Positions 53,551 through 64,000 of a stretch of DNA of 64,000 bases are shown here, piece after piece (within the stretch, counting starts at the first letter, position 1; each line of letters opens with the position of its first letter). Position numbers and translations under genes: made by a program. The DNA is from Ophelia neglecta (Eukaryota): assembly GCA_965285935.1 (NCBI GenBank), contig OZ260661.1, positions 125,240,001 to 125,304,000 of the forward strand, in the 5' to 3' direction. The notes below the pieces were generated by a model, which was given only the letters and a program-made list of their open reading frames with translations, was not told where the DNA came from and did no database searches.

Positions 53551-54631
53551 TTTTTGCCCCCCAACTTTTTTTCGAAAAAGGTGGGGGGATATGCAGGTGG
53601 CCATGTCCTCCGCCTATTCCATAGGTATGATATATAGGCCTGGGAAGTTTGTTTGCGATAGGTGGCACCACCCTACTTCCTCTACAACAGTTTAGTGACA
53701 AAAGCTCATTAAGAAGATTGTGTAACAAGTTTCAGAGCTATTGGGCTGGAAATGATAGGGAGCAAGCGTTGTTGGCCTAACTTTACCTGGTAAACTTTTT
53801 GCAGCATCCAAGTATATTTAGTTGCTGTAGCAACCCAAAATAAAAGATGTGATTGCCAAAATTATGTGAAACATTTTTTCTTGCTGTTCTTGCCATTTCA
53901 GACAATTTTAAGAGTTTTGAGCCTTTTTTTGTTATTTTGCAGCAATTTCTGAAACTTTGTAGACATCCAAATATATTTAGTTGCTGTAACAGCCCAAACT
54001 TATAATGTGATCGGCAAAACTATGTCATTTCAGGCAATTTTAATTGTTTTGAGCAAAAACTTCTTTTTTTTTGGCAGAGGGGAGGTTAGAGAATTCTCTT
54101 GAGTTGGATGAGGGGGTGGGGGGGGGGGGGAAGGGTTTTTTTCTGTTTCATTTCTTTTCTTTATATTGCTTTTGACTTATAATGTTATTATAGGAAAAAC
54201 TGCTTACATATTAGGGGTGACTGGTTGAGGGGGGGGGGGGGGGTAGATTTGGGAGGGCAGGGGAGGGGAAATGGTTTGAGGGATCGTCAGGTATATATAC
54301 ACAGGAAAACCTGTGAATTGAGATCACTCTAGGGACTGGAAAATTTTGGCCTGATTTTGGAAGATTAACAGGTTATTGCCCCACACAATTCCCAGTGTTT
54401 TGAGAAAAAAAGAATTTGGAGGAGGAGGGAGGAATCTGAGACTTCTAACAAAATTTGTGGGATATTTTATTTCTTGCAATTTCATGCAATAGCCAGTGTT
54501 TTGAGCAAATGAAATATTGGGGTGGGGGGGGGGGGGAAGATGGGTATAGGGTTGGGGATTGGGAAATATGGTTATTGGTGGGGGGCTTGTCTTTCTCATT
54601 GGTGGGGGCTTGCATTTCAGAATGCCTTGTT
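53551..54631 (+). mobile_element. Helentron-associated non-autonomous element (DINE-1/HINE-like), apparently full length
   Basis: 5' end ttttt-gccccccaactttttttcgaaaaaggtgggggg hairpin. Two core repeats (catccaa.tatatttagttgctgta at ~53804 and ~53963). 3' end ggtgggggc, inverted relative to the 5' gccccccaac, then the gcatttcagaatgc hairpin and cttgtt. Confidence 0.72.
54302..54365. mobile_element. Truncated copy of the 178-bp MITE family, nested in the HINE-like element
   Basis: caggaaaacctgtgaattgagatcactctagggactggaaaattttggcctgattttggaag aligns with the start of 61631-61809 and with the reverse complement of the end of 23048-23225. It is preceded by a TA-rich run. Confidence 0.75.
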
Positions 54632-57600
54632 ATAGTTGTTTTGCTCAAGTACTATTAATTTACAGGAAGACAGACTTGTACAAAAAGGTACACAGGTCTC
54701 CCGTACTTAAAATGTGCGCATCACAAGCATCACAAGACATCCAAAATAACTTAACAGCAGAGGTGTCGCCACCTGATGACAACGGTGGCTTGATATTATA
54801 TCTATGCTGCCTTTACCATGATACTATATCTATGATGCAGTAGCCATGATACTATATCTACTGTATGCTGCAGTATAAATGCCTATTTCCGTGTGATTTC
54901 TCTCTCAGTTTTTAAGTCTGTTGTCGAAGACCCTAACAGAGCTGATGTTATCAATGATATGGTGTCATGGAATAAATATTTCCATTTTCACCTAAACTTC
55001 TTTTTCTAGGTTGTGTAACAGATAGATTTCAAACTGTCTGTATTTGCTTAATCATCAGTGCAAAGTAGGAATGCCAAATATTCTGTAGCTTGAAGGTAGA
55101 TTTATAACCAACATTCTTATTGAAAAATTAATAGTGCAGCAATAATTATTAGATTGAAGATCAAGTGTTATAGGTTTGAATTTCATTCATGGGAATATCA
55201 TTTGAATAACTGCTGATATAACTAGATCTACACATATTACAAATGCAAAAATTGAAAAAATCAAATGTGGCAAAAATGATCTAATGCAAACAAGGTCCAT
55301 TGCTTGGGGCAGGCGTTTTACTTTTCAGGTTAGCGCTATATTCCCCACTATTTAAGCCAGTCTCGGGACTCTGTTGTCCTGCATTGCTGCTTCAGTTTTG
55401 CATATCTACCGGTAGCTAGTTTTCCTCCTCTAAAGAATATTAAATTTACTGTTTTCTCTTTCTGGCTAGCTTCTGAGAATTCAGCTTTACCGGTTATGTC
55501 ATCAGACCCGTCCAAATGAAGATATTCTTCCCTTTTATTCAACTGGAAAAACAATTCTCCCTTATAACGCAGTAGTTAACAATCTTAGTAGTATCTTGCC
55601 TGATTTTTATCTAAATGTGAATATATAAAAAAATCATGAAACATTGGTCATAAATAAATAAATCAGCCCTCACAAAATGTATATAATATTTCATTTATTA
55701 ATGTCATAATGTATGTTATACTTCATTTTAATATGATGTCTGAAACAAGTAATTTTACAACCTCACAAATAACTTTTTTATCTGATGAGTAAATGGGTAT
55801 TTTAACATAGCTCTTATTTTTATTATGAAAGTTTATTTATTCTAATGGAAAATCACAAAATATCACAGGTGCAGAATATGCCAAGAATAAGCACAAGGGA
55901 GTCTTCTTATATCACTATACAATCAACTTTCTTTCCTCTGATTCAAGTAATTATGTCTTTCGGACAATAAAGTACATAATGTATATGACTAAAGCAGAAT
56001 GATCAAATATACAAGGTTCATTCCACTTAAAAGCTACATTAATTGTAGGAAAATAATTACAATTTAGCATAGAGCTATCAAACTCTTAGGGTCATTAAAA
56101 GAGAATTGAAAAAAACTGGTGTCTTTGAGAAAGGTTTTATCATAATAATAAAAATAGTTGCATTTATCAATAAATAATAAGCAATATTTAGATAATATCG
56201 ATATCTGTAATATCAGTTACAAGCAATTTAACACAGGTGCATGAGGCACCTGTCCCCTGTTACCTATGTATAACTATTTACACAAAAATAGCAGCGGACA
56301 GCCGCCTCACATACCTGTGAATTTGAGTGGTTTAGTGATAACCGATTTCAACAATGTTTTTCTATATTTAACAATTACTAAAACAAACTATAAAATTGCA
56401 CACCAAGTCTTTCTAGTCATGCCGGTTCTATACAGCAGGTTTCCTGTTTATATTTACAAACCATTTGTATCACAGTTTTGCTTTGACAAGCTCTGATGTA
56501 GTCCACCATCTTTGTTCACAGCAATTTACAAGCCAATGGAAATTCATAAACAAAATTTTGTACAAATCTGATTACAATGTTTTTGTAATCAGGAGATTTT
56601 TTGTCATAAATGCAATGTGCTGGACAGAAAATAAATGATTCTAATATGGTGAATTTCTGATAATCATCTTGACTTCATTCAGCTGGCAACAGAAATTAAT
56701 GTCCCAGTCAAAAACAAGTAGTACCCAGGCGATAGTCGGTCCTTCTTAACAGTTAAGTTCATATATTTTTCACTCTTTTCAAATGTTATTATAGAGCTTT
56801 TAATTTTTTACTTGCTTATTTCCAGTCACGTACAGTCATGTATATCTTGTTGATCTACACTTTCATGTACTTACAATCTAGTAAAATAAGATGTACTTAT
56901 AATTATAAACAACAGACACATAAATGTGTGCTGAAACTAAGACCACACATGCAGACAAATACAACACTGTAATAACTTAACAAACTTCTGGTCACTGCAT
57001 ATAAAATTATAATCACAAAATGCTTCGTCATTCCTCATTTTCTATGGGACCGCACTTACACAGTTTAGTGAGGAAATGAACAAAGCTCATTCTGCTTGAT
57101 AAAATCCTTTCCTGTAATAGCAAACAAATTGCCTTTATAATAAACTGCATGTGTTAAAAAAAAGTTAGCAATTTATTGCAGTAATTGTGCTTAATGTGAT
57201 AAATGATAACCAGTGCATAAATTGAAAAAGTAGTATCCAAACCAGACCTAGTGTACCTTCTTTCTAATAGTTTAATTGTTCAGAATATACTCTAACCCTA
57301 TAATATCAAATGTAATCTTTTTAATACTGTGGTAGTGTACTCCTGATGAGAGAAATCTTAAAATGTGACAAAATTACAATATATGAACATGGTCTCACAT
57401 ACATGTATATTCCACATGTATTTATGATTGATTAAAACACCCTTGTTGAAGATCACTTATCTGATGGTCTCTCACTAGAAAATACGCTGTACAACATAAT
57501 AAATAGCTGAAAAAATACTTAGTAAAGCCGATTTCCACATAAAAATACAACCTGGTCTGGAAGGATGCATTGGCCTAAAATATACATTTAGCAAAGACAC

Positions 57601-58060
57601 CGTAAAGTGCACTTTATAATGAGATCATCTGAAAAGTATCACAATGGAGGTGGCAAGTGTAGCCAAGAAAAGGTAAGGGATTAACTGTATGTAGAGTTCC
57701 CTATTAAACTGTCAAATAAAAAATCTCTCTTTGTGCAAATTGAAAAATACAGGCATTCCTTAGCATGTTAGGTCTGTTGCAATTAATTGTTCACATAATC
57801 TTATTGTGATGACACTTAATTCATTGGTACTGATTTACAAGCTTACACTGACTGGACATATTTAATAATTTATCATTTTTTCAATTTTAATGTGATGCTT
57901 TCTTTGAAAAACTAGTACAGAATTATTCTTTTGCACTTCTTTTGTAACACTGCAATTCATTCCAACGTTAAATAACATAAAGTTGTATAAGTAGTAATCT
58001 GCATATGAATTAGACAACACTACTTTTTCCACACTTCTTAAAAGTAGTATAAAACTACTT

Positions 58061-61000
58061 TTAAAGTAGTATACAAATTGATGTCTTTTCTCCTCCACTA
58101 GCCTTCTCGCCTGGTTCTGTAAAAAAAACATAGATAAAGCTACTCTTCATTCGACAGTGAAACTTATGGCTGAAGAACAACATTTTAACTTTGTACTAAG
58201 TTGATTTGGGTAACTATAACTGTTAACCTTTTAACCCTTATACAAGCTATGGTTTACTTTAATAAAAAAAAGTATTCAGCATTATCTGACACTAATGAAG
58301 ATTTTGTAAAAGTAATGTTCATGAATTTATGCAAATTAACCATAAATACACAAGATGGTAAGAAAGTGAGCCACAGCACATTGTTAGTTTAAATGAGACG
58401 GTATGAGGCTACTCTATGACAGTTAATAAAATGCAGACTCAAATATATATTCAACTTTGAGAGACTACTGAAATCAAAAGTTAAAAAAGTTTATATAAAC
58501 TAGACAAAGTCAGCTAGAATACATTAGTATGGTCAAGTGGATACTGCCTATCATGTTAAAAGTCCTCCTCAAAAACACATGTGTATTAACTTTCTTAGTG
58601 GAAATGAAAAACAACTTTTGATATTGTCACATCACAATGGACACCCCACCAGGCTATATTGCTTTCAAAAACCTGTTTTACTGATTTTGGTTAAAAATAT
58701 TTACATATTAAAGTTTCGCACAACACCTATAATATTATCAGGTTAGACTTATTAGTTAAAGCTAGTAGCCACTTATATTTACATGTTACTTACTGCTGGT
58801 AGGTTTTTTCTTCTCTTGGGGAGGAGGTGGCCTTGGAGAAGGAGCACCACCTCCGTCCTCATCTATTTTTATCATATGTTTAATCAATGTCAGCTATTTC
58901 ATAACTTAAATACATTACTAACTACATGTACATGATTCAATTGTGTAATCTGGTGTTCATTAAATCAAGTGCAAGGCTCGAGTCAAACATTCTACATAAA
59001 TTAAATTGACCTACGATTAAGAAATTTAATAGATAAGATCCCTAGCGGACAATCCATTATCATTTCAAATCATGGAGTAATTGGGCAGGTAGTGCTTACT
59101 GATGTGTTCATCAGTGATTAAAACGACAGGTTGCTTAAAGCTTTTCCAGTGACATGCAGGCACAGAGTGGCAGATATGAATCTTGTGCTACTAATAAAGT
59201 AAATATATGCCACCGTTTTCTCCCACGTTTTGCTTCTGGAGCTGCCATGAAGCTGGGTAGAGATTCAGGCGACATACCATGTTAATTACCTGCTCCCTTT
59301 TCCTTCGGTACCATCTTGAGGCACTTCTCAGCAGCGTCCTTAGTGGGAGCCTGCAGCAGTTCCTTGATCAGCTTGGTGGAGATGCGAGGTTTCTGATGTT
59401 CCTCTGCAAGCTTTACCAATTCCCTGAACTGTGCCTGAAAAATACACACAAAATAGTAATTATTTTCTTCATTAAGCTGTAAAAGAAACGATTTTTCAAG
59501 CAGTCAAGCTGATTGCTAGTTGTAGACCTCTTGGCAGCATGGCCATCGAAGACTCTCAAATTGCACATTAACCATTACAGTGTCCTTAGTATGTCCAATG
59601 CTTCACTGCTCTGTTCTGAACACTCAGAAACTTTGTTCATCACTTACCTTTATATTAAATTACAATGAGGAGAAATGGCATTTTTTCAGAACTAAAGGAG
59701 TTATGTATCAGACCTTTCGGTTTATCACCTAAATGATAAATTAACTTACCACTTTCTGCTCATTCTTTTCAGCTCGTTTTTTTTCCATGACAAGTTCCAT
59801 AGCATATTTCACTTTCATTGGATCAACAGCCTGGAAAATATGATTAAACATGATTCAGTCCCAACCTCCTGCAAAATAAATAAGGAGACTAGTTGACCCC
59901 TGACATTACCCCTGCCTTAGTCTCCACTGACCTAAACTAGAACACATCACTCAGGAAGGAAAACTCTGGCTTCTTTTAATACCACTTCATTACTATAAGT
60001 AGGTACTGATATCTGACCCATAGCCTGCTGTTGACACTTCAGTTGTTTACAGCATATACATGTACCTTGGTATTAGAGTTAGCTGCTGATATCTGACCCA
60101 TAGTCTGCTGTTGTTTGTAGCCCCTACCTTGGTATTAGAGTTAGCTGCTGATATCTGACCCTTAGCCTGCTGTTGTTTGTAGCCCCTACCTTGGTATTAG
60201 AGTTAGCTGCTGATATCTGACCCTTAGCCTGCTGTTGTTTGTAGCCCCTACCTTGGTATTAGAGTTAGCTGCTGATATCTGACCCTTAGCCTGCTGTTGT
60301 TTGTAGCCCCTACCTTGGTATTAGAGTTAGCTGCTGATATCTGACCCTTAGCCTCCTGTTGTTTGTAGCCCCTACCTTGGTATTAGAGTTAGCTGCTGAT
60401 ATCTGACCCTTAGCCTGCTGTTGTTTGTAGCCCCTACCTTGGTATTAGAGTTAGCTGCTGATATCTGACCCATAGTCTGCTGTTGTTTGTAGCCCCTACC
60501 TTGGTATTAGAGTTAGCTGCTGATATCTGACCCTTAGTCTGTTGTTGTTTTAGTCCCTACCTTGGTATTAGAGTTAGCTGCTGATATCTGACCCATAGTC
60601 TGCTGTTGTTTGTAGCCCCTACCTTGGTATTAGAGTTAGCTGCTGATATCTGACCCTTAGCCTGCTGTTGTTTGTAGCCCTTACCTTGGTTTTAGAGTTA
60701 GCTGCTGATATCTGACCCTTAGCCTGCTGTTGTTTGTAGCCCCTACCTTGGTATTAGAGTTAGCTGCTGATATCTGACCCTTAGCCTGCTGTTGTTTGTA
60801 GCCCCTACCTTGGTATTAGAGTTAGCTGCTGATATCTGACCCTTAGCCTGCTGTTGTTTTTGCAGTGTCTCTCTCGTGTTGGCTGTCTTCTTGGTTTTTG
60901 GAGCTTTCTGTTTGCCCATGATCAGTAGTGTGATGGCTCCGTCCATCAGGTACTTAACATTCTGACAAAGAAAGAGGTTTAATCATAAAAGTAACAGTTT

Positions 61001-63603
61001 ACTCAGAAAAAGGCTGGGATCCACAAATGTAATAAAGAAAGCTCAAAAAAAAAATGTTGCAAGGGAATTTAATAGTTCTAGGAACTGTTTTTCCCCCCCA
61101 AAAATATTTTGCATCTACTATGTAATTATATATTTCTCTTTGGCAACAATTTTGGAAAAAAATAAGTCTTAGGCAATATAAAATTCCTGCATTTGTGGCA
61201 GTTTATATATGTAAATAATTGGTTAATTTGATAAAATAATGTTAATCTCGAAAGAAACTACTTTAGAAATGTTACCATACTTTTATCAATAACAAACAAA
61301 ATGGTTGTTAACTATTACTACATGTGACAATCATATTAATGTAATGTGACCTGACAGTACCTCACTGGTCATTTTGGTAAAGCTGAAGACTTGTTTGAAG
61401 TTCCAGTCAGGGTTTATAGTATCCTTGATAGGTTTGGTACAGGTGAAGTTCTCATCAGAATACCACTTCATTTTTGCGCAGACGTCCTGCAATAAATCAA
61501 GAAAAGTTTACAGATGGTGGATGATTACAAGTAAAAGCAAAGATTATTCCATTGTATGTAGAACGGGCTTTACATTGGGCCAATGCCGGCCAGCGTCTGC
61601 TAGCCCTATGTGCTTTAAGTTATTAGCATACAGTGGAACCTGTGAATTAAGATCATCCAGTGGACTGAGAAATACTGGTCTGATTACAGAGGTGACCTGA
61701 TATCACAGGGTATCTTACATTGAAAGTGTACACTATGGTCTTTATATTTGTGGTCTGAACTGGCAGGTGATCTGAATATAGAGGTCTTTAAGGCAGCTTT
61801 CACTTACTGTATTGTCGTAAAATTTGTGTATATATGTTATAATAATATTATTATTGAACTGATTCATGATAACTCACTAAATAATAGGGCCAGTCGGATA
61901 TGTTTCATACTGCTGACCAACAACCACTTTTCTTACCTTCAAAGCTGATTGCAATTAAAAGGCAGTGGTAAGGCTGGGATAAGTGGGGCTACTTTCAGCT
62001 GTTCATATGGGATTTTAACATGGGAATGATGTTTTAAAAGCCCTTACTTAGTGCTTGTTGAAGTAATCAAAACAAAACTTTCAGGGATGATTAACATTTG
62101 AGAGGGCTTTCCATTCAGGTAAATTTCACATTTGTGTGATAGCTACAAGTTTCACAATGAACATTGAACCGCTGCAAATCTGTAGTCTAGCCCCACATTC
62201 AAGTGCAGACTATTGTTATGCAGTGATGTCACCTCCTTGCTAGCAGACTGAACTAGAATTATTACATCATCCCCGACTGACCCTATTATAATTAATTATC
62301 TATATTCTGTTGACAGGATGATTATACATACAGTGTATTTTTTGGGGAGTCCCCGAGCGCTGTTTATTTTAACAAGTAGATTCAGGTCCAGTCCCATCAG
62401 ATCGTCTGGCTTGTCGATCCAGGGAAGGTCCTTCTCAGCCAGTTCTTTCCCTTTCTTGTCACACGGTATCACCTCGACATTTATCAAACCAACCTATTAA
62501 AGGAAACATTGTTATATATACTGGCTCAGGAGAAATCTAAAATGAAATTTATAACAATTTTAAACACTTGGAATATGAATCTTAAATGTTTAATATTTAT
62601 CCTTTAAAAATTGAGTAGATTTATTCTATTATTTAATGGCTAACTATTCAAAGCTACATAATTATATTCTAATATAATGAGGATGTAAATATTAACAATG
62701 ATGCATGGTTGCCATGGTTACTAGGAGGCTCAACACTGACACTTTGTCAATCTTTTAATTTTTTTTCTATTCTGGGTGTAGTATTTTTGGTGCTTGGAAT
62801 AAAACAACTTCCTCCCTGACACTAGGCCTCCTCAAGAATTGGTAGATAAAAATCATACCTATACCAATTTCCAGAAACTAGAGCTAGATATAATGTTACC
62901 TCGTCCCCTTTGTAGTCGACCAATTCTAGCTGTTCCTTGATGTCTACCATGAAAGCCACTGATTTAAGCCAGACGGCCACACTCCCTATGTGTCTCTCTT
63001 CATCAGGGTCAACAGAAAACGGATCCTTCTCCTATCAATACACAGTCATATAGGTTTAAACAAAAATGTATAATATACATGTACAACCATCAAATGTGAA
63101 ATATTCATGATGTTGTGTTTGATGCAGTGTTTGAAATAATTACTATAATTTCATTTTCAGCATGCAGGCATAATATATAATATCGAATCGAATGCCCTAA
63201 ATAATTTGGTCAGTTAGAATCTTGGCCTCCTCAGAATTTTTAAAGGATATAAAATGATTATGGAATATTGATCAAATTGTTGATATGTATATACATGCAT
63301 AAATAAATATATATCAAGTGAGAATGAAACTTTCTTTCAACAAGTTAAGGTTTTGTATCAAAATTAGTTTTAATGTCCAGAATATCATGTCTTAATAAAT
63401 AGTTATGACATCACTATAATTTGGAAAGGAAATAATCATTTAAGAAATAAACAAGCTATACTACTTACAGCAGGGACCTGCCATTCCTCCTCATCCTCAA
63501 ACTTTTGAAACATTTCCTGCATAACAAACTTCCTGTTTAGAAACTTCTCTTTGGGCCACATCCACTCGAGGTCTGTCTCAATATCTGTCACTCTCACAAA
63601 TAT
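58061..63603 (-). CDS. KIF28: Kinesin-3 family KIF28-like protein, C-terminal part (5'-truncated by window; 9 exons) with C2-like domain and C-terminal CaaX
   Basis: Exons 63603-63469, 63031-62900, 62493-62332, 61486-61361, 60961-60809, 59830-59750, 59434-59290, 58862-58794, 58116-58061 (TAA), all GT-AG and in phase. WMWPKEKFLNRKFVMQEMFQ, DPF...HIGSVAVWLKSVAFMVDIKEQLELVDYKG, VEVIPCD, VKINSARGLP and INPDWNF match the KIF28/KLP-6 tail. The protein ends EKTSICILL*. The motor domain lies outside the window. Confidence 0.88.
60064..60858. repeat. 62-bp tandem array (~13 units) overlapping a KIF28 exon end and its splice donor
   Basis: Sense unit: ctacaaacaacagcaggctaagggtcagatatcagcagctaactctaataccaag|gtagggg. 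The donor G falls at 60808, 60746, 60684, 60622, 60560, 60499, 60437, 60375, 60313, 60251, 60189, 60127 and 60065. A partial copy lies at 60006-60033. Confidence 0.97.
61631..61809. mobile_element. Second, more diverged copy of the Tc1/pogo-type MITE (inverted relative to 23048-23225)
   Basis: ta|cagtggaacctg ... cagctttcacttactg|ta. Aligns along its length with the reverse complement of 23048-23225 (for example acattgaaagtgtaca and ggtctttaaggcag). Confidence 0.88.
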
Positions 63604-63785
63604 CTGAAAATGACAAAAAGTGCTCAAGTCAATTAAAGAAACTAGGCCAACGCTGTCGGGGGGCCGACAGCAAGGGGTATATCCGCGAATGCGTGCAATA
63701 ATCGAATGGGGAACATGGCATAAGGCGAGGTAGTGAATATGGTAGTTTTTAGGTGGCACAAAAGATAAGGAGCTTAACTAATTTT

Positions 63786-64000
63786 TGTTCAGGTCATTAA
63801 TACAGTTAAACTAGTTAACTTATTACACAGATTGTAGTAGGTTCTATTTGACCTCAATAATAATGCAGGTCATTCTTACAGTTGGTGTCATATGACCTCA
63901 ATAATAATGCAAAACGACCCTAACTAATTTTTTTTCAGGTCATTAATAAAGTGAACTAGTGAACTTATTAGTAGGTTCCATAAGACCTCAATAATAATTA
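63786..64000. repeat. Degenerate intronic minisatellite running off the window end
   Basis: gacctcaataataat occurs three times (~63850, 63894, 63984) and caggtcatt three times (~63790, 63867, 63936). Confidence 0.65.

Noticed and set aside
53498-53728. 76-aa minus-strand ORF as an extra KIF28 terminal exon
   Set aside because: It overlaps the 5' end of the HINE-like element and has no in-frame acceptor.
55348-55554. 68-aa minus-strand ORF behind an acceptor-like ttttccag
   Set aside because: Open only in phase 0, whereas the last KIF28 donors are phase 1, and no homology was recognised.
57028-57111. Alternative KIF28 last exon after ttacag
   Set aside because: The acceptor is plausible, but the phase-1 reading (RKDFIKQNELCSFPH*) has no recognisable motif. 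It cannot be supported without transcripts.

Overview
AT-rich, intron-rich animal genomic DNA, probably from a lophotrochozoan-type invertebrate. That guess rests on the GPCR subtype, the intact KIF28 and the repeat landscape; the species cannot be identified. All gene models were built by hand from GT-AG junctions with consistent phase. Five protein-coding loci are present: (1) the 3' part of ORC2 (+, 9 exons, 728-10090); (2) a rhodopsin-family FMRFamide-receptor/GPR139-like GPCR (-, 13268-14329) with one in-frame TAG, next to a decayed paralog fragment; (3) a complete cytoplasmic aspartyl-tRNA synthetase DARS1 (-, 13 exons, 530 aa); (4) a divergently oriented 10-finger C2H2 zinc-finger gene (+, 5 coding exons, 1053 aa); (5) the 3' part of a KIF28-like kinesin-3 (-, 9 exons) ending in a CaaX box (CILL). 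Introns hold three large tandem arrays: 211-bp higher-order units x7, 44-bp x~99 and 62-bp x~13. There are also TA-flanked Tc1/pogo-type MITEs and two apparently full-length Helentron-associated (DINE-1/HINE-like) elements. The most striking pattern is tandem duplication of splice junctions. The 62-bp KIF28 array repeats the exon end plus its donor, so each unit holds a potential in-frame 39/42-nt cassette. The zinc-finger gene has a duplicated acceptor whose spare copy has lost its AG, and its 44-bp satellite reads as polypyrimidine-AG-microexon-GT. No rRNA, intact tRNA or CRISPR array was found.
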